DNA of 64,000 nt from Nemertoderma westbladi (Eukaryota > Animalia > Xenacoelomorpha). The stretch's first letter is position 1. Every line of letters begins with the position of its first letter. The notes under the pieces are model-generated. The model was not told where the DNA came from. It ran no database searches and saw only the letters and a list, made by a program, of their open reading frames with translations. The position numbers were made by a program, and so were the translations under genes. Of this stretch, positions 23,682 through 38,055 are shown one piece after another. Location: the NCBI GenBank assembly GCA_032718475.1, contig JAUCBJ010007911.1, positions 1 through 64,000 on the forward strand. Direction: 5' to 3'.

Positions 23682-25118
23682 GCCCGTACGGTCACACCAG
23701 TCTTGGGTCTGTCGTGCGGTCCCTGTAAGTGGGGTATTAATAAATGGTTCCACAACCCTTGGCTCCTCATAAATACTCGAGCCAGCCTCGCTCTCTGACA
23801 GCCCCATCTGCGCCAGTTCTAGTCGGCGCTTCTGTTTCGTCTGATACTGCATAAGCCCCCTTAGCCGGGCATGCATACCATCCCGAACACGTTTTCTCTC
23901 ACTCTCTCTCTCTCTCTATCCTCCCGTGAACTCTGATTGGCTAACTCTGCCTCTCTCGCAACTCTCTTAAGTTGTCTCTCCTCACGTTCTCTCCGCTCAT
24001 TATCCGCCCTCACCTCACGCTCTTTATGTTCCGCCTCACGCTCTTTACGTTCCGCCTCACTCGCCGCCTCGCGCTCCTCTTGCTCCTTCCTTTCCATCCT
24101 TCCTATTTCCTCGCACTTCCTAAAGCTTCTCGCGGCCCTCTCGGCCCTCTCTTTGTTCTCTCTTAACCAGCTCTTTCTCCTGCTCTATTAACGCACTCTC
24201 TTCCTCTAACTGTCTCACTAATTCTCTCTGGTCTAGCGCCGCAAGATCGAGTTGGCACGCCAGATCTATTTCTCGCACCCGTTTTTCTTTTGCGGAGGAT
24301 GTAGTGAACTTATCGGTTGCGACGGACTCCCCTCGCCTTCCCGTCCTGCTAACTTTCCCCCGCCTCCCGGAACTTCCTCCGACCGACGAGACCGAATCCT
24401 CGGGTTTAACTTCGGATTCGCCCTCCTCAGGTCTCTTCCAACCCACTAATTTTACTCCCCGGGCATCGACTAAGTATGGCCCTACGTACACTACGCTAGG
24501 TTCCATACCCCTACATTCCCATAGTTCAAACAGTTCGCTGGCAACCCATCTCGCTCTCTCATCGGCCAGTTCTCCCTGTCCAAAACGCATTAAGTAATCA
24601 AAGTGTCTGTTCGACTCACCTAATCGTTTCCTCAGCTTTACCTCGTCTACCTTCGCCCCTCCTTTGGCCTCTTTCAGTTGCTTTCGGGTCGCGGCGTAGG
24701 CTCGTCGGAGCCGGTCGCTGACCCCGACGTCCTCGTCGCCGACGTCTCCTTTGTCCCTCCGTGTCCGGCGTCGTACCGGCGGCCCCACCGTCGTCGTTCC
24801 GGTGGGCCGTCTGTCGCCCTCGGCCTGTGGCTGGCCGGCGACTTCGGCACGTCGACCGCCGCTGTGTGTTGACTCGTCTCTCTCCCCCCTCGACTCGTCT
24901 CTCCCTTCTCTCGATTCGTCTCTCCCTTCTCTTGATTCGTCTCTCCCTTCTCTCGACTCGCTCTCTCGTTGTAGACGGCCCCCCTCCTCTTGGATTGCCG
25001 AATCACCTATTATCGATGGATCCGGCATCGTGGGTCTATACCGTCGCGTCGCGGCCTCGCGGATCGTTAGATCGCTGTCCGGGGTCCGCGGCGGTGTCGC
25101 TTCTCCTTCTCGACTCAT
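23682..25118 (-). pseudogene. BEL gag N-terminal region (charged, coiled-coil), disrupted
   Basis: ATG at 25118 shortly after the 5' LTR; R/E-rich sequence, PEDSVS motif, short 21-bp internal repeats; frameshifts. Confidence 0.7.
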
Positions 25119-25271
25119 CTTTACTTCACTTTAGTATAGATTGGTGGCTGGCAGTCACAGTAACAGGCAGCTTGGTTCTTTCCACTAGGGCAGTCAGGCA
25201 GTTGCTCGATCTTTCCACTATTAGGGCAGCTGCTAGGTTTCTATAACTCAGGGCAGTGTGAGTCTTATCAC

Positions 25272-25853
25272 TGTGACGGGATCCACCGAGGATCCCGGTT
25301 TATCCGATTTCTTAACTACGCGTCCCCGCCGTGTGCATGAAAAGAGTCCTGGTGTTACTGTGTTATTAACTCTGGTTATTGTTGGTAACGTATGAATAAT
25401 GTATAGAGTATAAGCACAGTTTATGGATTGCAGGATTGGATGAGTACCGGTAACGTACAAATGTGATATAATGGCAGTGGACGGAGACGGTGATAAGAGT
25501 CTCGGTACCACCCTAACTAACTGACTAAAGAGTGAATGAATGATACACTGACATGGTAATATATTGCACCGGTTGGCTGCATTACACTACTCAGCCGATG
25601 CCTTCCCCCCATTGGCTAATAACTCACTTGTCACCCTCCCATTTCCCTGGGTGTGCTTCCCCCCCCCCTGCTGCTGTCTCTCTCTCCCTCCCGGAGGTAT
25701 AACCTCTGACCCCCGCTGTGTGTGTTCCCTTGGGGCCTATTGTCCCCGCTTATTGGGGTGACACGAGGTTGATTGGTAACCAACCTCGTGCTCCCAATAT
25801 TGCTTAAAACCAACTCTGTGTGGGCCTGGTTAGCGGAATTGAATACGCTAACA
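25272..25853 (-). repeat. 5' LTR (582 bp)
   Basis: TGTGAC...GCTAACA; copy of 13381-13950 with an extra 8-bp duplication near 25353-25365. Confidence 0.95.
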
Positions 25854-28800
25854 AGTAAAATCAACACCAAAGTCAGTATTGAGCCTGCAATATCGAACAG
25901 TAAAATCAACACCAGAGTCAGTAATGAGCCTGCAATATCGAACAGTAAAATTAACCCCAGAGCCAGTAATGGGCCTGAAATATCGAACAGTAAAATCAAC
26001 ACCAAAGTCAGTATTGAGCCTGCAATATCGAACAGTAAAATCAACCCCAGAGCCAGTAATGAGCCTGCAATATCGAACAGTAAAATCAACACCAGAGTCA
26101 GTAATGAGCCTGCAATATCGAACAGTAAAATCAACACCAGAGCCAGTAATGGGCCTGTAATATTGAAAACATCAACACCAGAGTCAGTAATAAGCCTGCA
26201 ATAACATCAACACCAAAGTCAGTGATGAGCCTGCAATATCGAAAAGTAAAATCAACACCAGAGCCAGTAATGAGCCTGCAATATCGAACAGTAAAATCAA
26301 CACCAGAGTCAGTAATGAGCCTGCGATATCGAACAGTAAAATCAACCCCAGAGTCAGTAATGAGCTTGCAATATCAAACAGTAAAATCAACCCCAGAGCC
26401 AGTAATGGGCCTGTAATATTGAAAACATCAACATCAGAGTCAGTAATGAGCCTACAATAACATCAACACCAGAGTCAGTAATGAGCCTGCAATATCGAAC
26501 AGTAAAATCAACGCCAGAGCCAGTAATGAGCCTGCAATATCGAACAGTAAAATCAACACCAGAGTCAGTAATGAGCCTGCAATAACATCAACACCAGAGT
26601 CAGTAATGAGCCTGCAATATCGAACAGTAAAATCAACCCCAGAGCCAGTAATGAGCCTGCAATATCGAACAGTAAAATCAACATAAGTGTCAGTAATGAG
26701 CTTTCAATATCGAACAGTAAAATCAACCCCAGAGTCAGTAATGAGCCTGCAATATCGAACAGTAAAATCAACCACAGAGCCAGTAATGAGACTGCAATAT
26801 CGAACAGTAAAATCAACCACAGAGCCAGTAATGAGCCTGAACCCAGAGCCAGTAATGAGCCTGCAATATCGAACAGTAAAATCAACCCCAGAGTCAGTAA
26901 TGAGCCTGCAATATCGAACAGTAAAATCAACCCCAGAGCCAGTAATGAGCCTGCAATAACATCAACCCCAGAGCCAGTAATGAGCCTGAAATATCAAACA
27001 GTAAAATCAACACCAGAGTCAGTAATGAGCCTGCGATATCGAAAAGTAAAATCAACCCCAGAGTCAGTAATGAGCCTGCAATATCGAACAATAAAATCAA
27101 CCCCAGAGCCAGTAATGGGCCTGTAATATTGAAAACATCAACACCAGAGTCAGTAATGACCCTGCAATAACATCAACACCAGAGTCAGTAATGAGCCTGC
27201 GATATCGAACAGTAAAATCAACATAAGTGTCAGTAATGAGCCTGCGATATCGAACAGTAAAATCAACCCCAGAGCCAGTAATGAGCCTGCAATATCGAAC
27301 AGTGAAATCAACACAAGTGTCAGTAATGAGCCTGCGATATGGAACAGTAAAATCAACCCCAGAGCCAGTAATGAGCCTGCAATATCGAACAGTAAAATCA
27401 ACACCAAAGTCAGTATTGAGCCTGCAATATCGAACAGCAAAATCAACCTCAGAGCCAGTAATGGGCCTGAAATATCGAACAGTAAAATCAACACCAAAGT
27501 CAGTATTGAGCCTGCAATATCGAACAGTAAAATCAACCCCAGAGCCAGTAATGAGCCTGCAATATCGAACAGTAAAATCAACCCCAGAGTCAGTAATTAG
27601 CCTGCAATATCGAATAGTAAAATCAACACTAGAGCAGGAATGGGCCTGAAATATCGAACAGTAAAATCAACACCAAAGTCAGTATTGAGCCTGCAATATC
27701 GAACAGTAAAATCAACCCCAGATTCAGTAATGAGCCTGCAATATCGAACAGTAAAATCAACCCCAGAGCCAGTAATGAGCCTGAAATATCGAACAGTAAA
27801 ATCAACACCAAAGTCAGTATTGACCCTGCAATATCGAACAGTAAAATCAACCCCAGAGCCAGTAATGAGCCTGCAATATCGAACAGTAAAATCAACACCA
27901 GAGTCAGTAATGAGCCTGCGATATCGAACAGTAAAATCAACCCCAGAGTCAGTAATGAGCTTGCAATATCGAACAGTAAAATCAACCCCAGAGCCAGTAA
28001 TGAGCCTGCAATATCGAACAGTAAAATCAACCCCAGAGCCAGTAATGAGCCTGCAATATCGAACAGTAAAATCAACACCAGAGTCAGTAATGAGCCTGCG
28101 ATATCGAACAGTAAAATCAACCCCAGAGTCAGTAATGAGCTTGCAATATCGAACAGTAAAATCAACCCCAGAGCCAGTAATGAGCCTGAAATATCGAACA
28201 GTAAAATCAACACCAAAGTGAGTATTGAGCCTGCAATATCGAACAGTAAAATCAACCCCAGAGCCAGTAATGAGCCTGCAATATCGAACAGTAAAATCAA
28301 CTCCAGAGTCAGTAATGAGCCTGAAATATCAAACAGTAAACTCAACTCCAGAGTCAGTAATGAGCCTGCGATATCGAAAAGTAAAATCAACCCCAGAGTC
28401 AGTAATGAGCCTGCAATATCGAACAGTAAAATCAACCCCAGAGCCAGTAATGGGCCTGTAATATTGAAAACATCAACACCAGAGTCAGTAATGACCCTGC
28501 AATAACATCAACACCAGAGTCAGTAATGAGCCTGCGATATCGAACAGTAAAATCAACATAAGTGTCAGTAATGAGCCTGCGATATCGAACAGTAAAATCA
28601 ACCCCAGAGCCAGTAATGAGCCTGCAATATCGAACAGTAAAATCAACACAAGTGTCAGTAATGAGCCTGCGATATCGAACAGTAAAATCAACCCCAGAGC
28701 CAGTAATGAGCCTGCAATATCGAACAGTAAAATCAACCCCAGAGTCAGTAATGGGACTGCAATATCGAACAGTAAAATCAACACCAAAGTCAGTATTGAG

Positions 28801-31800
28801 CCTGCAATATCGAACAGTAAAATCAACCTCAGAGCCAGTAATGGGCCTGTAATATTGAAAACATCAACACCAGAGTCAGTAATGAGCCTGCAATAACATC
28901 AACTCCAGAGCCAGTAATGAGCCTGCAATATCGAACAGTAAAATCAACCCCAGAGCCAGTAATGGGCCTGAAATATCGAACAGTAAAATCAACACCAAAG
29001 TCAGTATTGAGCCTGCAATATCGAACAGTAAAATCAACCCCAGAGCCAGTAATGAGCCTGCAATATCGAACAGTAAAATCAACCCCAGAGTCAGTAATGA
29101 GCCTGCAATATCGAATAGTAAAATCAACACTAGAGCAGGAATGGGCCTGAAATATCGAACAGTAAAATCAACACCAAAGTCAGTATTGAGCCTGCAATAT
29201 CGAACAGTAAAATCAACCCCAGATTCAGTAATGAGCCTGCAATATCGAACAGTAAAATCAACCCCAGAGCCAGTAATGAGCCTGAAATATCGAACAGTAA
29301 AATCAACACCAAAGTCAGTATTGAGCCTGCAATATCGAACAGTAAAATCAACCCCAGAGCCAGTAATGAGCCTACAATATCGAACAGTAAAATCAACACC
29401 AGAGTCAGTAATGAGCCTGCGATATCGAACAGTAAAATCAACCCCAGAGTCAGTAATGAGCTTGCAATATCGAACAGTAAAATCAACACCAGAGTCAGTA
29501 ATGAGCTTGCAATATCAAACAGTAAAATCAACCCCAGAGCCAGTAATGGGCCTGTAATATTGAAAACATCAACACCAGAGTCAGTAATGAGCCTACAATA
29601 ACATCAACACCAGAGTCAGTAATGAGCCTGCAATATCGAACAGTAAAATCAACCCCAGAGCCAGTAATGAGCCTGCAATATCGAACAGTAAAATCAACAC
29701 CAGAGTCAGTAATGAGCCTGCAATAACATCAACACCAGAGTCAGTAATGAGCCTGTAATATCGAACAGTAAAATCAACCCCAGAGCCAGTAATGAGCCTG
29801 CAATATCGAACAGTAAAATCAACACCAGAGTCAGTAATGAGCCTGCAATAACATCAACCCCAGAGCCAGTAATGAGCCTGAAATATCAAACAGTAAAATC
29901 AACACCAGAGTCAGTAATGAGCCTGCGATATCGAAAAGTAAAATCAACCCCAGAGTCAGTAATGAGCCTGCAATATCGAACAGTAAAATCAACCCCAGAG
30001 CCAGTAATGGGCCTGTAATATTGAAAACATCAACACCAGAGTCAGTAATGACCCTGCAATAACATCAACACCAGAGTCAGTAATGAGCCTGCGATATCGA
30101 ACAGTAAAATCAACATAAGTGTCAGTAATGAGCCTGCGATATCGAACAGTAAAATCAACCCCAGAGCCAGTAATGAGCCTGCAATATCGAACAGTAAAAT
30201 CAACACAAGTGTCAGTAATGAGCCTGCGATATCGAACAGTAAAATCAACCCCAGAGCCAGTAATGAGCCTGCAATATCGAACAGTAAAATCAACCCCAGA
30301 GTCAGTAATGGGACTGCAATATCGAACAGTAAATCAACACCAAAGTCAGTATTGAGCCTGCAATATCGAACAGTAAAATCAACCTCAGAGCCAGTAATGG
30401 GCCTGTAATATTGAAAACATCAACACCAGAGTCAGTAATGAGCCTGCAATAACATCAACTCCAGAGCCAGTAATGAGCCTGCAATATCGAACAGTAAAAT
30501 CAACCTCAGAGCCAGTAATGGGCCTGTATTATTGAAAAGATCAACACCAGAGTCAGTAATGAGCCTGCAATAACATCAACACCAGAGTCAGTAATGTGCC
30601 TGCAATATCGAACAGTAAAATCAACCCCAGAGCCAGTAATGAGCTTGCAATATCGAACAGTAAAATCAACCCCAGAACCAGTAATGAGCCTGCAATATCG
30701 AACAGTAAAATCAACCCCAGAGCCAGTAATGAGCCTGCAATATCGAACAGTAAAATCAACCCCAGAGTCAGTAATGAGCCTGCAATATCGAACAGTAAAA
30801 TCAACACCAGAGTCAGTAATGAGCCTGCGATATCGAACAGTAAAATCAACCTCAGAGCCAGTAATGGGCCTGTAATATTGAAAACATCAACACCAGAGTC
30901 AGTAATGAGCCTGCAATAACATCAACCCCAGAGCCAGTAATGAGCCTGAAATATCAAACAGTAAACTCAACACCAGAGTCAGTAATGAGCCTGCGATATC
31001 GAAAAGTAAAATCAACCCCAGAGTCAGTAATGAGCCTGCAATATCGAACAGTAAAATCAACCCCAGAGCCAGTAATGGGCCTGTAATATTGAAAACATCA
31101 ACACCAGAGTCAGTAATGACCCTGCAATAACATCAACACCAGAGTCAGTAATGAGCCTGCGATATCGAACAGTAAAATCAACATAAGTGTCAGTAATGAG
31201 CCTGCGATATCGAACAGTAAAATCAACCCCAGAGCCAGTAATGAGCCTGCAATATCGAACAGTAAAATCAACACAAGTGTCAGTAATGAGCCTGCGATAT
31301 CGAACAGTAAAATCAACCCCAGAGCCAGTAATGAGCCTGCAATATCGAACAGTAAAATCAACCCCAGAGTCAGTAATGGGACTGCAATATCGAACAGTAA
31401 AATCAACACCAAAGTCAGTATTGAGCTTGCAATATCGAACAGTAAAATCAACCTCAGAGCCAGTAATGGGCCTGTAATATTGAAAACATCAACACCAGAG
31501 TCAGTAATGAGCCTGCAATAACATCAACTCCAGAGCCAGTAATGAGCCTGCAATATCGAACAGTAAAATCAACCCCAGAGCCAGTAATGGGCCTGAAATA
31601 TCGAACAGTAAAATCAACACCAAAGTCAGTATTGAGCCTGCAATATCGAACAGTAAAATCAACCCCAGAGCCAGTAATGAGCCTGCAATATCGAACAGTA
31701 AAATCAACCCCAGAGTCAGTAATGAGCCTGCAATATCGAATAGTAAAATCAACACTAGAGCAGGAATGGGCCTGAAATATCGAACAGTAAAATCAACACC

Positions 31801-34800
31801 AAAGTCAGTATTGAGCCTGCAATATCGAACAGTAAAATCAACCCCAGATTCAGTAATGAGCCTGCAATATCGAACAGTAAAATCAACACCAAAGTCAGTA
31901 TTGAGCCTGCAATATCGAACAGTAAAATCAACCTCAGAGCCAGTAATGGGCCTGTAATATTGAAAACATCAACACCAGAGTCAGTAATGAGCCTGCAATA
32001 ACATCAACTCCAGAGCCAGTAATGAGCCTGCAATATCGAACAGTAAAATCAACCTCAGAGCCAGTAATGGGCCTGTAATATTGAAAAGATCAACACCAGA
32101 GTCAGTAATGAGCCTGCAATAACATCAACACCAGAGTCAGTAATGTGCCTGCAATATCGAACAGTAAAATCAACCCCAGAGCCAGTAATGAGCTTGCAAT
32201 ATCGAACAGTAAAATCAAACCCCGAAACCAGTAATGAGCCTGCAATATCGAACAGTAAAATCAACCCCAGAGCCAGTAATGAGCCTGCAATATCGAACAG
32301 TAAAATCAACCCCAGAGTCAGTAATGAGCCTGCAATATCGAACAGTAAAATCAACACCAGAGTCAGTAATGAGCCTGCGATATCGAACAGTAAAATCAAC
32401 CTCAGAGCCAGTAATGGGCCTGTAATATTGAAAACATCAACACCAGAGTCAGTAATGAGCCTGCAATAACATCAACCCCAGAGCCAGTAATGAGCCTGAA
32501 ATATCAAACAGTAAACTCAACACCAGAGTCAGTAATGAGCCTGCGATATCGAAAAGTAAAATCAACCCCAGAGTCAGTAATGAGCCTGCAATATCGAACA
32601 GTAAAATCAACCCCAGAGCCAGTAATGGGCCTGTAATATTGAAAACATCAACACCAGAGTCAGTAATGACCCTGCAATAACATCAACACCAGAGTCAGTA
32701 ATGAGCCTGCGATATCGAACAGTAAAATCAACATAAGTGTCAGTAATGAGCCTGCGATATCGAACAGTAAAATCAACCCCAGAGCCAGTAATGAGCCTGC
32801 AATATCGAACAGTAAAATCAACACAAGTGTCAGTAATGAGCCTGCGATATCGAACAGTAAAATCAACCCCAGAGCCAGTAATGAGCCTGCAATATCGAAC
32901 AGTAAAATCAACCCCAGAGTCAGTAATGGGACTGCAATATCGAACAGTAAAATCAACACCAAAGTCAGTATTGAGCCTGCAATATCGAACAGTAAAATCA
33001 ACCTCAGAGCCAGTAATGGGCCTGTAATATTGAAAACATCAACACCAGAGTCAGTAATGAGCCTGCAATAACATCAACTCCAGAGCCAGTAATGAGCCTG
33101 CAATATCGAACAGTAAAATCAACCCCAGAGCCAGTAATGGGCCTGAAATATCGAACAGTAAAATCAACACCAAAGTCAGTATTGAGCCTGCAATATCGAA
33201 CAGTAAAATCAACCCCAGAGCCAGTAATGAGCCTGCAATATCGAACAGTAAAATCAACCCCAGAGTCAGTAATGAGCCTGCAATATCGAATAGTAAAATC
33301 AACACTAGAGCAGGAATGGGCCTGAAATATCGAACAGTAAAATCAACACCAAAGTCAGTATTGAGCCTGCAATATCGAACAGTAAAATCAACCCCAGATT
33401 CAGTAATGAGCCTGCAATATCGAACAGTAAAATCAACCCCAGAGCCAGTAATGAGCCTGAAATATCGAACAGTAAAATCAACACCAAAGTCAGTATTGAG
33501 CCTGCAATATCGAACAGTAAAATCAACCCCAGAGCCAGTAATGAGCCTGCAATATCGAACAGTAAAATCAACACCAGAGTCAGTAATGAGCCTGCGATAT
33601 CGAACAGTAAAATCAACCCCAGAGTCAGTAATGAGCTTGCAATATCGAACAGTAAAATCAACACCAGAGTCAGTAATGAGCTTGCAATATCAAACAGTAA
33701 AATCAACCCCAGAGCCAGTAATGGGCCTGTAATATTGAAAACATCAACACCAGAGTCAGTAATAAGCCTACAATAACATCAACACCAGAGTCAGTAATGA
33801 GCCTGCAATATTGAACAGTAAAATCAACCCCATAGCCAGTAATGAGCCTGCAATATCGAACAGTAAAATCAACACCAGAGTCAGTAATGAGCCTGCAATA
33901 ACATCAACACAAGAGTCAGTAATGAGCCTGCAATATCGAACAGTAAAATCAACCCCAGAGCCAGTAATGAGCCTGCAATATCGAACAGTAAAATCAACAC
34001 CAGAGTCAGTAATGAGCCTGCAATAACATCAACCCCAGAGCCAGTAATGAGCCTGAAATATCAAACAGTAAAATCAACACCAGAGTCAGTAATGAGCCTG
34101 CGATATCGAAAAGTAAAATCAACCCCAGAGTCAGTAATGAGCCTGCAATATCGAACAGTAAAATCAACCCCAGAGCCAGTAATGGGCCTGTAATATTGAA
34201 AACATCAACACCAGAGTCAGTAATGACCCTGCAATAACATCAACACCAGAGTCAGTAATGAGCCTGCGATATCGAACAGTAAAATCAACATAAGTGTCAG
34301 TAATGAGCCTGCGATATCGAACAGTAAAATCAACCCCAGAGCCAGTAATGAGCCTGCAATATCGAACAGTAAAATCAACACAAGTGTCAGTAATGAGCCT
34401 GCGATATCGAACAGTAAAATCAACCCCATAGCCAGTAATGAGCCTGCAATATCGAACAGTAAAATCAACACCAGAGTCAGTAATGAGCCTGCAATAACAT
34501 CAACACCAGAGTCAGTAATAAGCCTACAATAACATCAACACCAGAGTCAGTAATGAGCCTGCAATATTGAACAGTAAAATCAACCCCATAGCCAGTAATG
34601 AGCCTGCAATATCGAACAGTAAAATCAACACCAGAGTCAGTAATGAGCCTGCAATAACATCAACACAAGAGTCAGTAATGAGCCTGCAATATCGAACAGT
34701 AAAATCAACCTCAGAGTCAGTAATGGGACTGCAATATCGAACAGTAAAATCAACACCAAAGTCAGTATTGAGCCTGCAATATCGAACAGTAAAATCAACC

Positions 34801-37800
34801 TCAGAGCCAGTAATGGGCCTGTAATATTGAAAACATCAACACCAGAGTCAGTAATGAGCCTGCAATAACATCAACTCCAGAGCCAGTAATGAGCCTGCAA
34901 TATCGAACAGTAAAATCAACCTCAGAGCCAGTAATGGGCCTGTAATATTGAAAAGATCAACACCAGAGTCAGTAATGAGCCTGCAATAACATCAACACCA
35001 GAGTCAGTAATGTGCCTGCAATATCGAACAGTAAAATCAACCCCAGAGCCAGTAATGAGCTTGCAATATCGAACAGTAAAATCAACCCCAGAACCAGTAA
35101 TGAGCCTGCAATATCGAACAGTAAAATCAACCCCAGAGCCAGTAATGAGCCTGCAATATCGAACAGTAAAATCAACCCCAGAGTCAGTAATGAGCCTGCA
35201 ATATCGAACAGTAAAATCAACACCAGAGTCAGTAATGAGCCTGCGATATCGAACAGTAAAATCAACCTCAGAGCCAGTAATGGGCCTGTAATATTGAAAA
35301 CATCAACACCAGAGTCAGTAATGAGCCTGCAATAACATCAACTCCAGAGCCAGTAATGAGCCTGCAATATCGAACAGTAAAATCAACCCCAGAGCCAGTA
35401 ATGGGCCTGAAATATCGAACAGTAAAATCAATACCAAAGTCAGTATTGAGCCTGCAATATCGAACAGTAAAATCAACCCCAGAGCCAGTAATGAGCCTGC
35501 AATATCGAACAGTAAAATCAACCCCAGAGTCAGTAATGAGCCTGCAATATCGAATAGTAAAATCAACACTAGAGCAGGAATGGGCCTGAAATATCGAACA
35601 GTAAAATCAACACCAAAGTCAGTATTGAGCCTGCAATATCGAACAGTAAAATAAACCCCAGATTCAGTAATGAGCCTGCAATATCGAACAGTAAAATCAA
35701 CCCCAGAGCCAGTAATGAGCCTGAAATATCGAACAGTAAAATCAACACCAAAGTCAGTATTGAGCCTGCAATATCGAACAGTAAAATCAACCCCAGAGCC
35801 AGTAATGAGCCTGCAATATCGAACAGTAAAATCAACACCAGAGTCAGTAATGAGCCTGCGATATCGAACAGTAAAATCAACCCCAGAGTCAGTAATGAGC
35901 TTGCAATATCGAACAGTAAAATCAACCCCAGAGCCAGTAATGAGCCTGCAATATCGAACAGTAAAATCAACCCCAGAGCCAGTAATGAGCCTGCAATATC
36001 GAACAGTAAAATCAACACCAGAGTCAGTAATGAGCCTGCGATATCGAACAGTAAAATCAACCCCAGAGTCAGTAATGAGCTTGCAATATCGAACAGTAAA
36101 ATCAACCCCAGAGCCAGTAATGAGCCTGAAATATCGAACAGTAAAATCAACACCAAAGTCAGTATTGAGCCTGCAATATCGAACAGTAAAATCAACCCCA
36201 GATCCAGTAATGAGCCTGCAATATCGAACAGTAAAATCAACACCAAAGTCAGTATTGAGCCTGCAATATCGAACAGTAAAATCAACCTCAGAGCCAGTAA
36301 TGGGCCTGTAATATTGAAAAGATCAACACCAGAGTCAGTAATGAGCCTGCAATAACATCAACACCAGAGTCAGTAATGTGCCTGCAATATCGAACAGTAA
36401 AATCAACCCCAGAGCCAGTAATGAGCTTGCAATATCGAACAGTAAAATCAACCCCAGAACCAGTAATGAGCCTGCAATATCGAACAGTAAAATCAACCCC
36501 AGAGCCAGTAATGAGCCTGCAATATCGAACAGTAAAATCAACCCCAGAGTCAGTAATGAGCCTGCAATATCGAACAGTAAAATCAACACCAGAGTCAGTA
36601 ATGAGCCTGCGATATCGAACAGTAAAATCAACCCCAGAGCCAGTAATGAGCTTGCAATATCGAACAGTAAATTCAACTCCAGAGCCAGTAATGAGCCTGC
36701 AATATCGAACAGTAAAATCAACCCCAGAGCCAGTAATGAGCCTGCAATATCGAACAGTAAAATCAACACCAGAGTCAGTAATGAGCCTGTGATATCGAAC
36801 AGTAAAATCAACCCCAGAGTCAGTATTGAGCCTGCAATATCGAACAGTAAAATCAACCCCAGATCCAGTAATGAGCCTGCAATATCGAACAGTAAAATCA
36901 ACACCAAAGTCAGTATTGAGCCTGCAATATCGAACAGTAAAATCAACCTCAGAGCCAGTAATGGGCCTGTAATATTGAAAAGATCAACACCAGAGTCAGT
37001 AATGAGCCTGCAATAACATCAACACCAGAGTCAGTAATGTGCCTGCAATATCGAACAGTAAAATCAACCCCAGAGCCAGTAATGAGCTTGCAATATCGAA
37101 CAGTAAAATCAACCCCAGAACCAGTAATGAGCCTGCAATATCGAACAGTAAAATCAACCCCAGAGCCAGTAATGAGCCTGCAATATCGAACAGTAAAATC
37201 AACCCCAGAGTCAGTAATGAGCCTGCAATATCGAACAGTAAAATCAACACCAGAGTCAGTAATGAGCCTGCGATATCGAACAGTAAAATCAACCCCAGAG
37301 CCAGTAATGAGCTTGCAATATCGAACAGTAAATTCAACTCCAGAGCCAGTAATGAGCCTGCAATATCGAACAGTAAAATCAACCCCAGAGCCAGTAATGA
37401 GCCTGCAATATCGAACAGTAAAATCAACACCAGAGTCAGTAATGAGCCTGTGATATCGAACAGTAAAATCAACCCCAGAGTCAGTAATGAGCTTGCAATA
37501 TCGAACAGTAAAATCAACCCCAGAGCCAGTAATCAGCCTGCAATATCGAACAGTAAAATCAACCCCAGAGCCAGTAATGAGCTTGCAATATCGAACAGTA
37601 AAATCAACACCAAAGTCAGTAATGAGCCTGCGATATCGAACAGTAAAATCAACCCCAGAGTCAGTAATGAGCTTGCAATATCGAACAGTAAAATCAACCC
37701 CAGAGCCAGTAATGGGCCTGCAATATGGAAAACATCAACCCCAGAGTCAGTAATGAGCCTGCAATAACACCAACACCAGAGTCAGTAATGAGCCTGCAAT

Positions 37801-38055
37801 ATCGAACAGTAAAATCAACCCCAGAGCCAGTAATGAGCCTGCAATATCGAACAGTAAAATCAACACCAGAGTCAGTAATGAGCCTGCAATATCGAACAGT
37901 AAAATCAACCCCAGAGCCAGTAATGGGCCTGAAATATCGAACAGTAAAATCAACACCAGAGTCAGTAATGAGCCTGCAATAACATCAACACCAGAGTCAG
38001 TAATGAGCCTGCAATATCGAACAGTAAAATCAACACCAGAGTCAGTAATGAGTCT
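25854..38055. repeat. 45-bp satellite, right arm (~12.2 kb) with higher-order duplications
   Basis: Same unit as 11101-13380, resuming in register after the TSD; interspersed shorter variants (…AATAACATCAAC…, …ATTGAAAACATCAAC…). Confidence 0.97.

Larger units (their letters stand above)
13381..25853 (-). mobile_element. BEL/Pao LTR retrotransposon (12,473 bp) with both LTRs, coding regions defective, with an accessory ORF
   Basis: Two TG...CA LTRs, 5-bp TSD AGTAA (13376-13380 and 25854-25858), order gag-PR-RT-RH-IN with BEL-type motifs. Confidence 0.95.

Noticed and set aside
14856-25246. Many plus-strand ORFs inside the BEL element
   Set aside because: Antisense shadows of GC-rich minus-strand coding sequence; no motifs
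11101-38055. Long ORFs in the 45-bp array (LILLFDIAGSLL membrane-like, SNEPAISNSKINPR, MSLQYRTVKSTPE)
   Set aside because: By-products of a 45-bp unit (multiple of 3) open in several frames on both strands, and repeatedly broken by shorter variants
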